NCBI GenBank assembly: GCA_964016885.1
Contig: OZ024751.1
Coordinates: 5,146,001-5,210,000, forward strand
Direction: 5' to 3'
Source: Eledone cirrhosa
Taxonomy: Eukaryota
DNA: 64,000 nt
In this document: positions 1 through 16,721 of the stretch, in pieces
Numbering within the stretch: the first letter of the stretch is position 1
How the letters are laid out: each line of letters begins with the position of its first letter
The notes under the pieces: model-generated
Databases searched by the model: none
The model's input: the letters and a program-made list of their open reading frames with translations, nothing else
What the model was told of the DNA's origin: nothing
Position numbers and translations under genes: made by a program

Positions 1-532
1 TACATACACCCACACACAGAGAAATGGCCTTCAAATATATATATATATATATACATACAGACACATATATTTTTTCCATAATATAAGAAGTTGGGGCAGT
101 GAAATTAAAATAATTCTGTGTGCGCATATATATATAGATATATGTGTGTGCACGTGCAGGGTTTAACATGGATGTGTTGGTCACACAAAGGCATGGTCTG
201 TCAATGAATAAACCTGATTCTACAGAATTGGTCTCTGGTCTTTAATAGTAGTGATTCCGTGCGTATGTGTGTTTATATTTTATGACAATTCTATTGGGGT
301 GATAACCCGTTTAGTTTTGGTTTAAATTTGTTAAGGAATAGATTTTCTTTGTTTATTCTTTGTTGTTGTGTGAACGAATCTGAGCACTTGTAGAAGGGGA
401 AGATTTTAAAGTTGGGTAGTGTCATTCCTTTATGTTTTTTCACAAAAAAGTATTCTGTCTCTTATATATTCCATGTGCCATTACCAACCTCAATTTTCTC
501 TATAACCTTCGTTTTGTGTAGAAAATTACACT

Positions 533-537
<5 letters not shown>

Positions 538-603
<66 letters not shown>

Positions 604-615
604 AGAGGCAGTGAA

Positions 616-656
<41 letters not shown>

Positions 657-666
657 AGAGGCAGTG

Positions 667-708
<42 letters not shown>
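538..708. repeat. (TA)n microsatellite interrupted by two copies of ACCAGAGGCAGTGAAAT
   Basis: Direct reading; the 17-mer occurs at ~601 and ~654. Confidence 0.95.
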
Positions 709-713
<5 letters not shown>

Positions 714-793
714 GTAAACAGAAATAACAACACAATTGGTACAGTATATGGAAGGTATATATTAGGTTAACGCTTGATATACCAGGAATAGGG

Positions 794-829
794 CCTTAAC
801 GTTTCGAACGCTAGTCCTTCATCAGAAGA
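794..829 (-). ncRNA. Minimal type I hammerhead ribozyme motif
   Basis: Minus strand reads UCUU-CUGAUGA-A-GGA cuagcg UUC-GAAAC-GUU-AAGG. Stem I UCUU/AAGG; palindromic AACGUU stem III. Confidence 0.75.
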
Positions 830-1337
830 AAGAAGGAGAAATAAGACAGATTGAGGGGACGGGCGGAATGGAATTGGAAAAATGTCTTTAGATATAAATA
901 ACAGGTCCATTCATGTTGACATCTCTTGCAAAACTGTTGGTGCTGGCGTTTTATGTATGATTTATTTTTTAGAAAAATGGATGATGGAGCGCGTCTATCT
1001 GAAATGGAGAAAAAAACGTTTTGTAAAAAGATCTATACTTGAGCACGTGCGTAAGCATGTGTTTATGTGTGTGTGTGGGGGGGGGGGCGTTTATTATACG
1101 TCCGTACGAAGCTAAGAAAAAAAGTGTGTGTATATGTGAGTAAAAGAGTGTGTGTGCATGTAAGTACGAAGCTATGAGCAAAAGTATGTTAATACAAGGG
1201 TGTGTATGTGTGTATACAGAGCAGTGAAGAGAAAAGTGGAGTGAGCATATATAGTCGGCATGTATTAGTTGTAAGAGAAGCTGCTAATGATCAAGAGAAA
1301 GCGATAGGAATCAAGGGGTGTGATAATGGACGGGGTA

Positions 1338-3436
1338 TTAGAGAAATTGGGGAGGTGAGTTGAGTCCAAGAGGGGAATAGGACCCAAGGCGGTGAATCAG
1401 ACTTTGTTCAGTCCTGGTGCGCGAGGCCTGTGATCGATGATGTAAAAGAACACCCAGGACTGAAACATGTAGGGAAGAATGACCAGGAGAACAGAAATGA
1501 CCGGCGACAGGAGTATCCAAACCATGTCGTATGTCCCTCAAATGTTCGGCAAAACGGTCCGCCGTACGGCGTCCCGTTTGTCCGATATATAAAGACCCGC
1601 AGAGGGAACACCGGAGGGCATAGACAACGTGGGTGGATGTACAGGTGAAGGAATGGCGGATACGGAAAGACCCGTTAGGGCTTGTAAGAGTGGTGAGGGT
1701 GGAAATAAAGGGACAAGTGTTGCAGCGAGAACGGGAACAAGGATGAGAGCCGGGTGGAGTCGTGGGGGAGGACGAAAAGGAACTGCGAACCAGGAGGTCA
1801 CGGAGGTTGCGGACGCGCTTAAAAACAATAATGGGTGGGTTTGGAAAAAAGCGAGAAGTGACGGGTTCAGAAGAGAGGATACGGAAGGAACGGAGGATAT
1901 GACGCCGGAGTGGTAGGGTGAGAGGGAAAGGAACACGTGTTTTAGGAGGGCGGGCGTGAGGTGAGAAGGCTGTGGTGTGGTCTGTTTCACGGGCGCGTGT
2001 GAGAGCAGCTTGGATCGGAGGGGGGGGGGGGGATAACCACACTGGATGAAGCAGAAAGCCATGCGAAGGGAATGGGTTTCGAAATCGTCATCCTGGCTAC
2101 AGAGTCGACGAGGCAGAGGAATTGGGAATAGGGTATGGAGTGTTTGGTGTGGGTTGGGTGGGAGGTGGTGAAGTCGAGATAAGATTGGGAAACTGTTGGT
2201 TTAATGTAGATGGAAGTAGAGAGGGTGTGGTGAGGGTGATTAATAGATAGAGAGATATCTAGTAAAGCGACAGAAGAATCGGAGATGGAGCCAGTGAAAT
2301 TGAGAGCAGGATGGAAAGATTGGACAAAAGAAAGAAAACAGTCGAGCTGTTCTCGTGATAGAGAAGTGGCGCTGATACAGTCGTTGATATAACGACCGTA
2401 TAGCTCAGGAGTCGGTCCATCGTACTGGGAGAAGATCTGGGCTTCGACGTAGCCAACAAACAAGTTGGCATAGTTTGGACCCATTCTGGTTCTCATCGCT
2501 ACCCCCAGAGACCTGTTGATAAAATTCACCCAAAAAAGAAAATACATTGAGGGTGAGAACAAGCTTAGCCAGACGGAGAAGGGTGGTAGTGCTGGGGTAA
2601 GGGGTAGGGCGAAAATCTAAAAGATGTTGGAGAGCGCGGAGGCCGTCATCATGAGGGATGACAGTATAGAGAGAGGTGATGTCCAGGGTAAAGAGATGGC
2701 GGGAGGGACCAGGAGGGAAGGAGAAAGAGTTAAAGAGTCTAAGGGCATGATTTGTATCGTGGATGTGGGAGGGGAGATTGCCGACCAACGGGGCGAGGAT
2801 GGCGTCTAGATACTCAGAAATTATCTCGGTGGGGCAGTTGCACGCAGAAACGATAGGACGGCCAGGATTATTTTGTTTGTGTATTTTGGGGAGGAAGTAG
2901 ATGGTGGGAGTGCGAGGGGGGCGTACAATAAGGTTGGTGGCTGTGGGGGGGGGGGAGATGAGCTCGTGGATGGTGGAGGACACGAGTTGTTGGTAGCCAG
3001 GAGTGGGATCGGAGGATAAAGGGCGGTAAAAAAGGGTATTGTGAAGATGGCGGAGAGCCTCAGCCCTATAGAGGTCAGCGCTCCTAACCACCACAGCGCC
3101 ACCTTTGTCAGCGGGTTTGATGACAATGTCATCGCGACGCCGAAGGTTGCGAAGAGCAGGGAGCTCAGTCCGCGTGATGTTAGAGCGACGAGAATGCTGG
3201 TGGAAACGGAACCGATTCACAGTACGCCGGCAAGTATCGACAAATGAGTCGAGGGTGCTGAACAGGCCAGAGCTCGGCGTCCAATGCCGGCGACTGAGAC
3301 GAGTGAAGTTATCCGTCTGTGTCGATGATGGCGTGACGTGAAAAAAAGCTTTCAGCTTTAATCGACAGAAGAACCTTTCAATCTCGGCACGCGTGCAGAA
3401 CTCGTCGCAGGTAGATGTGGTTGGTATAAAACGCAA
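1338..3436 (-). pseudogene. PLE reverse transcriptase + GIY-YIG endonuclease, frameshifted over three ORFs
   Basis: IKPADKGGAVVV, YFLPKIHK, GRPIVS, LDITSLYT, AMRTRMGPNYANLF, RYIND (YIDD mutated), Cys-rich linker CSRSRCNTC, VVYALRCSLCGSLYIGQTGR, RFAEH, GLN. Confidence 0.92.
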
Positions 3437-3648
3437 ACCACGGGCGAGGAGGGAGCGCTCAGCTTCGGAGAGTGGTAGGTCCTGGGGTATGGTGGTATGG
3501 TGACTACAGGGCAGGGACGTGAGGGAGTGAAAGAGGCGGAGGGTTCAAGGTGGTTGGGCAAAGCGTGTGCAGATTCAGTGGTGGGGAGGGGGAAAGGGGG
3601 TAGTAGGTAACTCACCCCCTCATCCCCTCTCGAAGTCTCCCGCCCCAC

Positions 3649-3685
3649 TTTCCTGATGAAGGATTTATGTCCGAAACGTTGTAAA
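3649..3685 (+). ncRNA. Minimal hammerhead ribozyme motif in an inverted PLE terminus
   Basis: UUUC-CUGAUGA-A-GGA uuuaug UCC-GAAAC-GUU-GUAAA. Stem I is short and bulged. Confidence 0.6.
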
Positions 3686-3793
3686 CAAAACCCCCACCTC
3701 TCTCACGAAGCGGGAAGCTAATAACACCATACGTTTGTTCATTTGTTATTTCGAACTATATATATATATAATATACACCTTGCCGGGCAAACA

Positions 3794-3797
<4 letters not shown>

Positions 3798-3874
<77 letters not shown>
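3798..3874. repeat. (CA)n microsatellite
   Basis: Direct reading. Confidence 0.97.
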
Positions 3875-3880
<6 letters not shown>

Positions 3881-4180
3881 ACATATATATATGATATGTG
3901 AAATGTGGTCGTCGCGATGTAAATGACTATAATTAGAGTTGATTATTGTAAATAATAGTTGAAAAAGCCGAATCCCGTATCTTTGGAAGATTCGAGTTCG
4001 TTCTCCGCTGGCAGCTTTGTCCACATTTCTCAGTCACCAAGGATATTTTATTTGATATTATTACTTATAGTGATCGGCTATTACTATAGTCATTTGCGTT
4101 GTGATAACAACATTGTAAATTTCAAAAGTTTCTAATGTTTCTTATGTCAAACGTGTGTATATATATATATATATATATAT

Positions 4181-4593
4181 GAATGTATATATAGTGTATT
4201 TTACAATACACTGTATGCTTAATTAAAAGCATTTCGAAGACCTTATGCTATTGTTTTAGAGTAGTGAGAGACTCACTTACTTTAATTTTCAGCAAACAGG
4301 GGAGATAAAGCTGGCAGGGCCCTGTTTCGCATTTATTGATGCTTATCAAAGCCAACTACTCCTCCTGTTTGCTGAAATCCTGGATGTTTGGTTCTTATAG
4401 AATTCTAGTAAATAATCAGGAACTGATTATACAGAGCGGTTGCCGGTCAAGCAGAAATTGAAAATTAGAATTGGTGCTCTGAAATAGCTATATATATATA
4501 TGAATGTATATATAGTGTATTTTGCAATACACTGTATGCTTAATTAAAAGCATTTAAAAGACCTTATGCTATTGTTTTAGAGTAGTGACAGAC
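4181..4593 (+). mobile_element. ~320 bp dispersed non-coding repeat ('family D'), one unit plus a partial tandem copy
   Basis: The GAATGTATATATAGTGTATTTT start recurs at ~4181 and ~4502. Homologues at ~17053-17720 and ~51102-51647. Confidence 0.8.
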
Positions 4594-4629
4594 TATATGT
4601 TTGTGTGTGCCTGTCATAGTATATATATA

Positions 4630-4836
4630 TATTATAATAAAATAAGAGGAGATTGGACTTGTGTAAATCCTTGAAAGGTTTATTATACTATGATCATTTC
4701 AATGACCGGGCTCCGTATGAATCCGGTGATATCATCAGGTATTCGAAATACGGAACCGGGTCATTGAAATGATCATAGTATAATAAACCTTTCAAGGATT
4801 TACACAAGTCCAGTCTCCTGTTATTTTATTATAATA
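4630..4836. repeat. Fold-back inverted repeat (~88 bp arms) containing an HHR
   Basis: ATTATAATAAAATAA..GGACTTGTGTAAATCCTTGAAAGG is mirrored by CCTTTCAAGGATTTACACAAGTCC..TTATTTTATTATAAT. Confidence 0.9.
4685..4742 (-). ncRNA. Type I hammerhead ribozyme motif
   Basis: AUAC-CUGAUGA-uaucACCGG..CCGGUcauu-GAAAU-GAUC-AUA-GUAU. Stem I AUAC/GUAU; palindrome AUGAUCAU; stem II closing pair is mismatched. Confidence 0.7.
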
Positions 4837-4979
4837 TTTAACTCCGTACTCGCACCACCAACGACACAAACGAAGACGGTTGAGCTGCTTTACGTTGAGT
4901 ACTCTCCATATTATTACAGCAAGATTGACCATACGGAATGACCAGCTCTATCCAGTGGTGAACCTTCAAATCTAAATAA

Positions 4980-5010
<31 letters not shown>

Positions 5011-5081
5011 AAAAAAAATATATATATACATTCTTAACGTCCATATATATATACCAATTATTATATATATATATATATATA

Positions 5082-8332
<3,251 letters not shown>

Positions 8333-8334
8333 AT

Positions 8335-8361
<27 letters not shown>

Positions 8362-8366
<5 letters not shown>

Positions 8367-8615
8367 TAACAGATTAACGTTTAAGCATAGAATCACTGAT
8401 ATCACACTTAACAGGATCATCTGAAACTAAAAAATCAATCTGTGAACGCAGAAGTAAATATTTTGAAAAACGTTGCAACCGAAGGAAAACAGCAAGACGA
8501 TACTTTGGTTCGTGAAGACGTTCCCTGGCAATGAACGGAAAAAAGCGAAGATAATACGTCGTTATATGGATCGTGAGAACAAAATTACACGCAAAGACAA
8601 AAACCACGTTTTTGG
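8362..8615 (+). mobile_element. Dispersed non-coding repeat ('family B')
   Basis: TTAAAATAACAGATTAA..GATCTTCTGAAACT..CGTTGCAACC is shared with 12775-13382, 29360-29490 and 54675-55180. Confidence 0.8.
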
Positions 8616-8694
8616 TATATATAAATATACATACACACTTACATACAAACATTTACATACACACACATATATATACATATATATATATATATAT

Positions 8695-8954
8695 ATTGTT
8701 ATACTTTGGGAGGGTTATGTTGCCAATAAGAAACACACGCATGCGTGTGTTTCTTATTGGCAACATGACCCTCCCAAAGTATAACAATATCGGTTTCAAC
8801 ACACGATTTCAGATAAAGAATCTTGCTAAACAAATTCAGAAACGAAATATATATATATATATAACAATATCGGTTTATATATATATATATATAACAATAT
8901 CGGTTTCAACACACGATTTCAGATAAAGAATCTTGCTAAACAAATTCAGAAACG

Positions 8955-8960
<6 letters not shown>
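8695..8960. repeat. ~95 bp near-perfect palindrome plus tandem 70 bp repeats ('family C')
   Basis: ATTGTTATACTTTGGGAGGG..CACGCATGCGTG..CCCTCCCAAAGTATAACAAT. The ATAACAATATCGGTTTCAACAC..GAAACGAAAT unit is repeated twice. Confidence 0.88.
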
Positions 8961-9005
<45 letters not shown>

Positions 9006-9777
9006 CATATACATACACACATACATATACATATACATGAACACTCGTATATACATATATACACACACGTACACAAACACACAACACATATACCCCCCCC
9101 CCCCACATAAATATATACACACATAGAGGCACAATTCAAATACGTTATACATGTGGAAAAAGCAGATAGGTAATAAGTACTTACATAACCGTAGTTCCGT
9201 GAGGCCGGTCGAGATGGGGGTAGGTGTAGGGTGGGGTGGAATTGGAGGGGATATTTTATGGAGTGTGGCCTTAAAAAATATATATATATTTTTATCCATC
9301 TGGCTTCAACACTGGCTTAAGATATTTCAAAGTTGCAAAGCTTTTGTGCATGAAATTCGGGCAGTGTTCAGTTTATATGTGTGCGTCTGTGAATGTGCTT
9401 ATAGACACCTAACCTTTTTGTTAGCTTAAGTGAACCATAAAAACGAGGAGTGGCACCCCAGCCTGAACCTGTCTATAGAATTCTTTCTGCCTTTGTTATT
9501 CAAAATATAGTTTTTTAAGAATTCCCTTTTATTTAAACCCATCAACCAATGACCTCCACCCGACCCAATTACCACCCTCTCCTATCACCAGAAAATATAT
9601 AAATACCATCATATTACTTGGACAGCGTGCTTCCTGATGATTTCTCCCCAATGAAACAGTTCTAGTCCTGTAAAATCTTTTCTATATTAAATATTATACT
9701 CTGCTTTGTATTGAGTTACTGTGGTTACCCCCGATTGAACTCGGGATAAACTTATATATATATATATATACATATAC

Positions 9778-11535
<1,758 letters not shown>

Positions 11536-12760
11536 ATACCATCGCCAGTGTAATTAACGATATCACGATGGGGTCCAGCGACACAGCGCAAGAAACTGAT
11601 CTGCTCGGAATATACCTCCCCGATAAGCCTAGGGAGGAGATACCGGCCCTACAAGGAGGTGTATATAGGGACGACGCCCTGTTTACCGATAAGAACCATA
11701 GCCCTCGTAGGATAGAGAACCTTAACAAGCATATATACAGGTTCTTCAAGTCATACGGCCTATCTGTAACTATAGATCTCAACCACCAGGTTGTCAACTT
11801 CCGTAGGTAACAACGTAGATAGCAATAATGATAGCCTTACTGGGGGAATTAGAATGGACCGCGATAGAAATTTGAACTGCCGCGACAGGGGACGCTGCCC
11901 CCTTAGGGGATTCTGCTTGACTGATAGGGTCATATATAGGTGCACTGTAACTAGCCGCAAAGCGTTAAACATTATATAGGGGCTGCCTCTGGCCCGTTCA
12001 AAATTAGATTTTGAACACATCTCTACTCTTTCACAAATAAGAAATTAAGACACTCCATTTCGCTCGCGGACTACATCACATCATTAAAAGACTTAAACAT
12101 CAGCTTCTCCACGCACTGGGATATTGTCGGCAGGGCTGCACCGTACAACTTCAAGAGGAAGTGCGATCTTTGCCTCATGGAGCTCTACCACATCATAACT
12201 GCACCCCACGAACTCATCAACAGCAGAGCTGAAACGACGATTGGCTGTACACATCGCTTAAAAATATCCTTCTTCAGATGGGATAAGGAATAGGCGTGAA
12301 ACCGTATACCGGGTCTCCCTGCAACAAGCTTTAACACTCCGGCGGGCAGGCGCTGCTAAATACATCCGGAAACTAACCATGCATCCCAGACCCAGCTTCA
12401 AATGACCCAAGCGGGCAGGTGCAGAATAACAAACGTCTCAAAACAAACGTTGCTTACCTGACCCTGTGCCTATCGACAATGGTAATGTTGTAACCACATC
12501 TTGTAACGGATAAAAAATTTGTGCGGGAAAGACTGCCCTAACACCGGCCAGAGTTACCTACTGCAAAATCAAAACACGCTTTTTTTTGCGAAGAATGAAT
12601 TCTGACCTGAACTTATCTCCAAAAACCGTTTCCGGGCCATGTGAGGAACACATTTAGTTATTTATGCCCTTGAGAAGTCCATCCGTGCGAAACGTACGTA
12701 GGTGCTGTTTTAAATAAACATGTATTAATGGTCTGTTCTCCTATTTCTTAATTTTCCACG
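11536..12760 (+). mobile_element. PLE copy, internally deleted (RT fragment fused to EN + 3' terminus), head-to-head with the preceding copy
   Basis: GVYRDDALF at 11568-11810 jumps at ~11802 to the EN linker. The 3' terminus carries an HHR at 12666-12705. Confidence 0.85.
12666..12705 (+). ncRNA. Hammerhead ribozyme motif, U3/A8 core variant
   Basis: GCCC-UUGAGAA-GUCCAUCCGUGC-GAAAC-GUAC-GUA-GGUGC. Confidence 0.6.
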
Positions 12761-12774
12761 TATATATATATATA

Positions 12775-13382
12775 GTAATAATAATAAATTTTAAGACTAA
12801 AATCCAATGAGGGCTCGATAAGGATAAATATATATCAAATATATAAGAACCGTAGAGCAAATATTTATTAAAATAACAAATTAAAGTTTAAGCAAAGAAT
12901 CGCTGCTTTCACTCTTAATGGGATCTTCTGAAACTAAAAAAATCAATCTGTGAACTCAGAAGTAAATATTTCGAAAAACGTTACACACTATATATATATA
13001 TACACACACTATATATATATATACACACACAAACAATCACACACCGCGTCATAATATTGAAATGCAGATAGCCAGACATACAGACAGATATTATACCATA
13101 AACGTGGTTTATGGTATAATTTTATTTATACCATAAATGTGGTTTTGTCTTTGCGTGTAATTGTTTTCTCGCTCCACATAATGACGTTTTATTTTTGTTT
13201 TTTCCGTTCATTGCCAGGGAACGTCTCCACCAACCAAAATATCGTCTTCCTCTTCCTTCGGTTGCAACGTTTTTCGAAATATTTACTTCTGCGTTTACAG
13301 ATTGATTTTTTTCAGTTTCAGAAGATCCCGTTAAGGGTGAAAGCAGCGATTCTTTGTTTAAACTTTAATCTGTTATTTTAAT
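12775..13382. repeat. Family B in inverted arrangement
   Basis: 12870-12985 is mirrored by 13265-13382. Small palindrome TTATACCATAAACGTGGTTTATGGTATAA at ~13091-13119. Confidence 0.75.
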
Positions 13383-13444
13383 ATATATCGTTTCTGAATT
13401 TGTTTAGCAAAATTCTTTATCTGAAAACGTGTGTTGAAACCGAT

Positions 13445-13859
13445 ATTGTTATACTTTGGGAGGGTCATGTTGCCAATAAGAAACACACGCACCATATGCT
13501 TTAACTTCAATTTATTATAATAAATTTATAATTTAGGAATTTATAAATTTCCGGTTGGTTGGTTGGTTCCACAACCAGATGATTGTTTATATATTGTCAA
13601 AGCAAGAAAACAAGACACACAAAAACAAGATGGTGTAGGACAGAACAAAGAAGAGGCACAAAAACAAAGAAGAGGTCACTGAAGAGGTCACAGAATGTGT
13701 GACGAAAGAACTTTGACAATATATAAACAATCATCTGGTTGTGGAACCAACCAACCGGAAATTTATAAATTCCTAAATTTATAAATTTATTATAATAAAT
13801 TGAAGTGAAAGCCAGTGGTGCGTGTGTTTCTTATTGGCAACATGACCCTCCCAAAATAT

Positions 13860-13866
<7 letters not shown>
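13445..13866. repeat. Family C fold-back (~155 bp arms) with an HHR in the spacer
   Basis: The left arm ends ..ATATTGTCAAAG (~13602) and the right arm starts CTTTGACAATAT (~13711). Confidence 0.9.
13675..13717 (+). ncRNA. Type I hammerhead ribozyme motif
   Basis: GUCA-CUGAAGA-G-GUCACA gaaug UGUGAC-GAAAG-AA-CUU-UGAC. Stem I is 4 bp and stem II is 6 bp. Confidence 0.78.
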
Positions 13867-13892
<26 letters not shown>

Positions 13893-13947
13893 GGAACCAG
13901 TAAGACCCCGACAGCTGAGCTCAAGCCGTTTCGACGGCTAATTCTGG

Positions 13948-14020
<73 letters not shown>

Positions 14021-14240
14021 GTAAGTAGGACCGAAGTCAGTGTCACAGTATATAACACAAACTTCATCGGGCCCCTGTCATTATGATTGTACCTTGAGTT
14101 TGTAATTTGCCAATAAAGTTTATATATATGCTGCAACACTGACATCGGTCGTACTTACTTTATTCTACGCACTACAGCCGCCTTAACTCTGGAATACAAC
14201 CCGATACGAGACGGATCACCTGTAACTGTAGTTACTCACC

Positions 14241-14355
<115 letters not shown>

Positions 14356-14414
14356 CACACTCACACACATAGTTGTTAAGACTATCCTCTTATTTTTTTA
14401 TCCATTTTTACTGT

Positions 14415-14590
14415 CGGATTGGCAGTATTGGTAGAGGCTCGAACGCCATGACTTGCAAGCATAGAGTTATGGCCCTTTAAGTTCTTAGTTCAAATCCCGC
14501 CGAGGTTAACCTTGCCTTTCCTCCTTACGGGGTCGATACAATAAAGCATCAGTAATGCCAAATATAGAAACAATTATTTGTAAATAGTCA
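14415..14590 (+). mobile_element. tRNA-derived SINE
   Basis: A-box-like TGGCAGTATTGG and B-box GTTCAAATCC. The body GCCGAGGT..TTGCCTTTC.TCCTTACGGGGT.GATA is shared with 34767-34955. Confidence 0.75.
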
Positions 14591-14955
14591 TTTGCCAAAT
14601 ATAGAAACAATTATTTGTAAATAGTCATTGAGACTATCGTCTTGTCCTTTGTCCATTTGTTACTGTCTGTTGTGCACTAGAAACAGTGGTATCGACATTA
14701 AATAAGCGAAACAACGTAACTCTAGCGGTCAACTGATGAAATGAATGAAACTACTGTCTGTATTCGTTCATTTTTCTGTCTTCGCCCATATTATTATTCA
14801 TTCGTATGTCGTATGTTTTTAGTGACGCAGGATAAATTTTGCAAATTTATATATATGTTTAAAGATGGCTCTGTCACTGTGAATTGTATATATCTCCTGT
14901 TGTCAGCTGTTAATTCAGTACTTTTGAAAAGTCAACGTAACCCAACGTATTCAAA

Positions 14956-14988
14956 CATCATCATCATCGTCATCATTATAATCATCAC

Positions 14989-15030
<42 letters not shown>

Positions 15031-15154
15031 TAACGTCATCATCATCACTACAATCATCATCATCATGGGCATCATCACCACTACTACCATTATCATCATC
15101 ATCATCATCAACATCGCCACCGTCATCGTCACCATTATCATCATCACAATCAAC

Positions 15155-15185
<31 letters not shown>

Positions 15186-16065
15186 CCATCATTAGCATCA
15201 TCATCATCATCATCATCAACATTACCATTGCCATCATCATCGTCATCATCCTCATCATTATAATCATCACCACCACCATCATCATCATCAGCATCATCAT
15301 CACAGCATCATCGGCACCATCATTATCATCCTCATCATCATCAATGATATCGTCACCACCACCACCACCACCACCACCACCTCCACCACCACCACCACCA
15401 CCTCCACCACCACCAAAACCATCATCAACATCATCATCATTGTCATCGTCACCACCACCACCAGCACCACTACCACCACCACCACCACCACCACCACCAC
15501 CATCACCACCGCTGCCGCCGCCGCCGCCGCCACCACCACCACCAGCACGACCCAAACCATCATCATCATCATCATCATTGTCATCGTCACCACCACCAGC
15601 ACCACTACCACCACCACCACCACCACCACCACCACCATCACCACCGCTGCCGCCGCCGCCGCCGCCGCCACCACCACCAGCACGACCCAAACCATCATCA
15701 TCATCATCATCATTGTCATCGTCACCACCACCAGCACCACTACCACCACCACCACCACCACCACCATCACCACCGCTGCCGCCGCCGCCGCCGCCAACAC
15801 CACCAGCACGACCCAAACCATCATCATCATCATCATCATTGTCATCGTCACCACCACCAGCACCACTACCACCACCACCACCACCACCCCAACCACCAAA
15901 ACCATCATCATCATCATCATCATCAGCATTGTCATCGTCACCACCACCAGCACCACTACCACCACCACCACCACCACCACCACCACCACCACCATCACCA
16001 CCGCTACCACCACCACCACCACCACCAAAACCATCATCATCGTCATCATCATTATCATCGTCATA
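14956..16065. repeat. Compound (ATC)n/(ACC)n/(GCC)n trinucleotide array with a higher-order ~85-140 bp unit
   Basis: Recurrent AAACCATCATCA..TTGTCATCGTCACCACCACCAGCACCACTACC..ATCACCACCGCTGCCGCC..CAGCACGACCC. Confidence 0.9.
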
Positions 16066-16376
16066 CAGATAGAAAATTGAAATGTAAATCTATATTTCAA
16101 TCTCGACACGGGAAGTTAAAAACCCACTAAACAATAAATTTCAGAGTAAGTTTTCTTGGAAAAATTTAAATAAAAATAAATTGCTCAAAATTTTTTGAAA
16201 TATTAACAAAAAAACTGCATTTTAAAGTGTTTATAATTCCGAAATAGAATTATATTATTGAACAGTAAAGAAAACATAAATACAATATTTGGTTGTTTCA
16301 ATGTCTTTTATATTATTTTATTTTGAATATGAATATTAGTTAGTGTAACAATTGGCTATACATGCATATATATACA

Positions 16377-16443
<67 letters not shown>

Positions 16444-16610
16444 ATGTGTTTCTGCTTATATATATATATATATAGGTAGAAGTTGTATTTAATTTGTTGG
16501 AAGTCCGACAAACATAAATGTTTATAACTGATTTAGAGCACTCAACAGTTTACTGGAGTAAATATTCAATGATATTAAATAAATGGAAACTATATTTATA
16601 AAACCATATT

Positions 16611-16677
16611 TATTTTATTATATATATTTCAAGGGCAACCAAGACAACATTGGTACGCTTTCATCAGATAAAATACA
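16611..16677 (-). ncRNA. Type I hammerhead ribozyme motif (mirror of 16722-16790)
   Basis: Reverse complement of the plus-strand copy; 8 bp stem I retained. Confidence 0.8.
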
Positions 16678-16721
16678 AAGTTTGTTTTTCATGGGTATGT
16701 CTCTATTTATAAAACAAACTT

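Larger units (their letters stand above)
720..3760 (-). mobile_element. Penelope-like retroelement (Neptune-type), decayed
   Basis: Frameshifted RT and GIY-YIG ORFs on the minus strand. A sense HHR lies in the 3' end (~794-829) and an oppositely oriented HHR-bearing segment at the 5' side (~3610-3760). Flanked by TA/CA microsatellites. Confidence 0.85.

Noticed and set aside
4206-4270. Second HHR in family D on the minus strand (GAAAUGCUU..AAGCAUA)
   Set aside because: It has a good stem III-like hairpin but no CUGANGA or UUGANAA core upstream.
9631-9671. CTGATGA..GAAAC..GTC motif (homologue at ~46528-46564)
   Set aside because: There is no stem I pairing next to the core, and the second copy lacks C3. 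It may be a decayed HHR but is not supportable.
14741-16072. 443 aa ORF resembling formin FH1 or extensin
   Set aside because: It is made entirely of triplet repeats, which are open on both strands, and has no globular domain or supporting exon structure.
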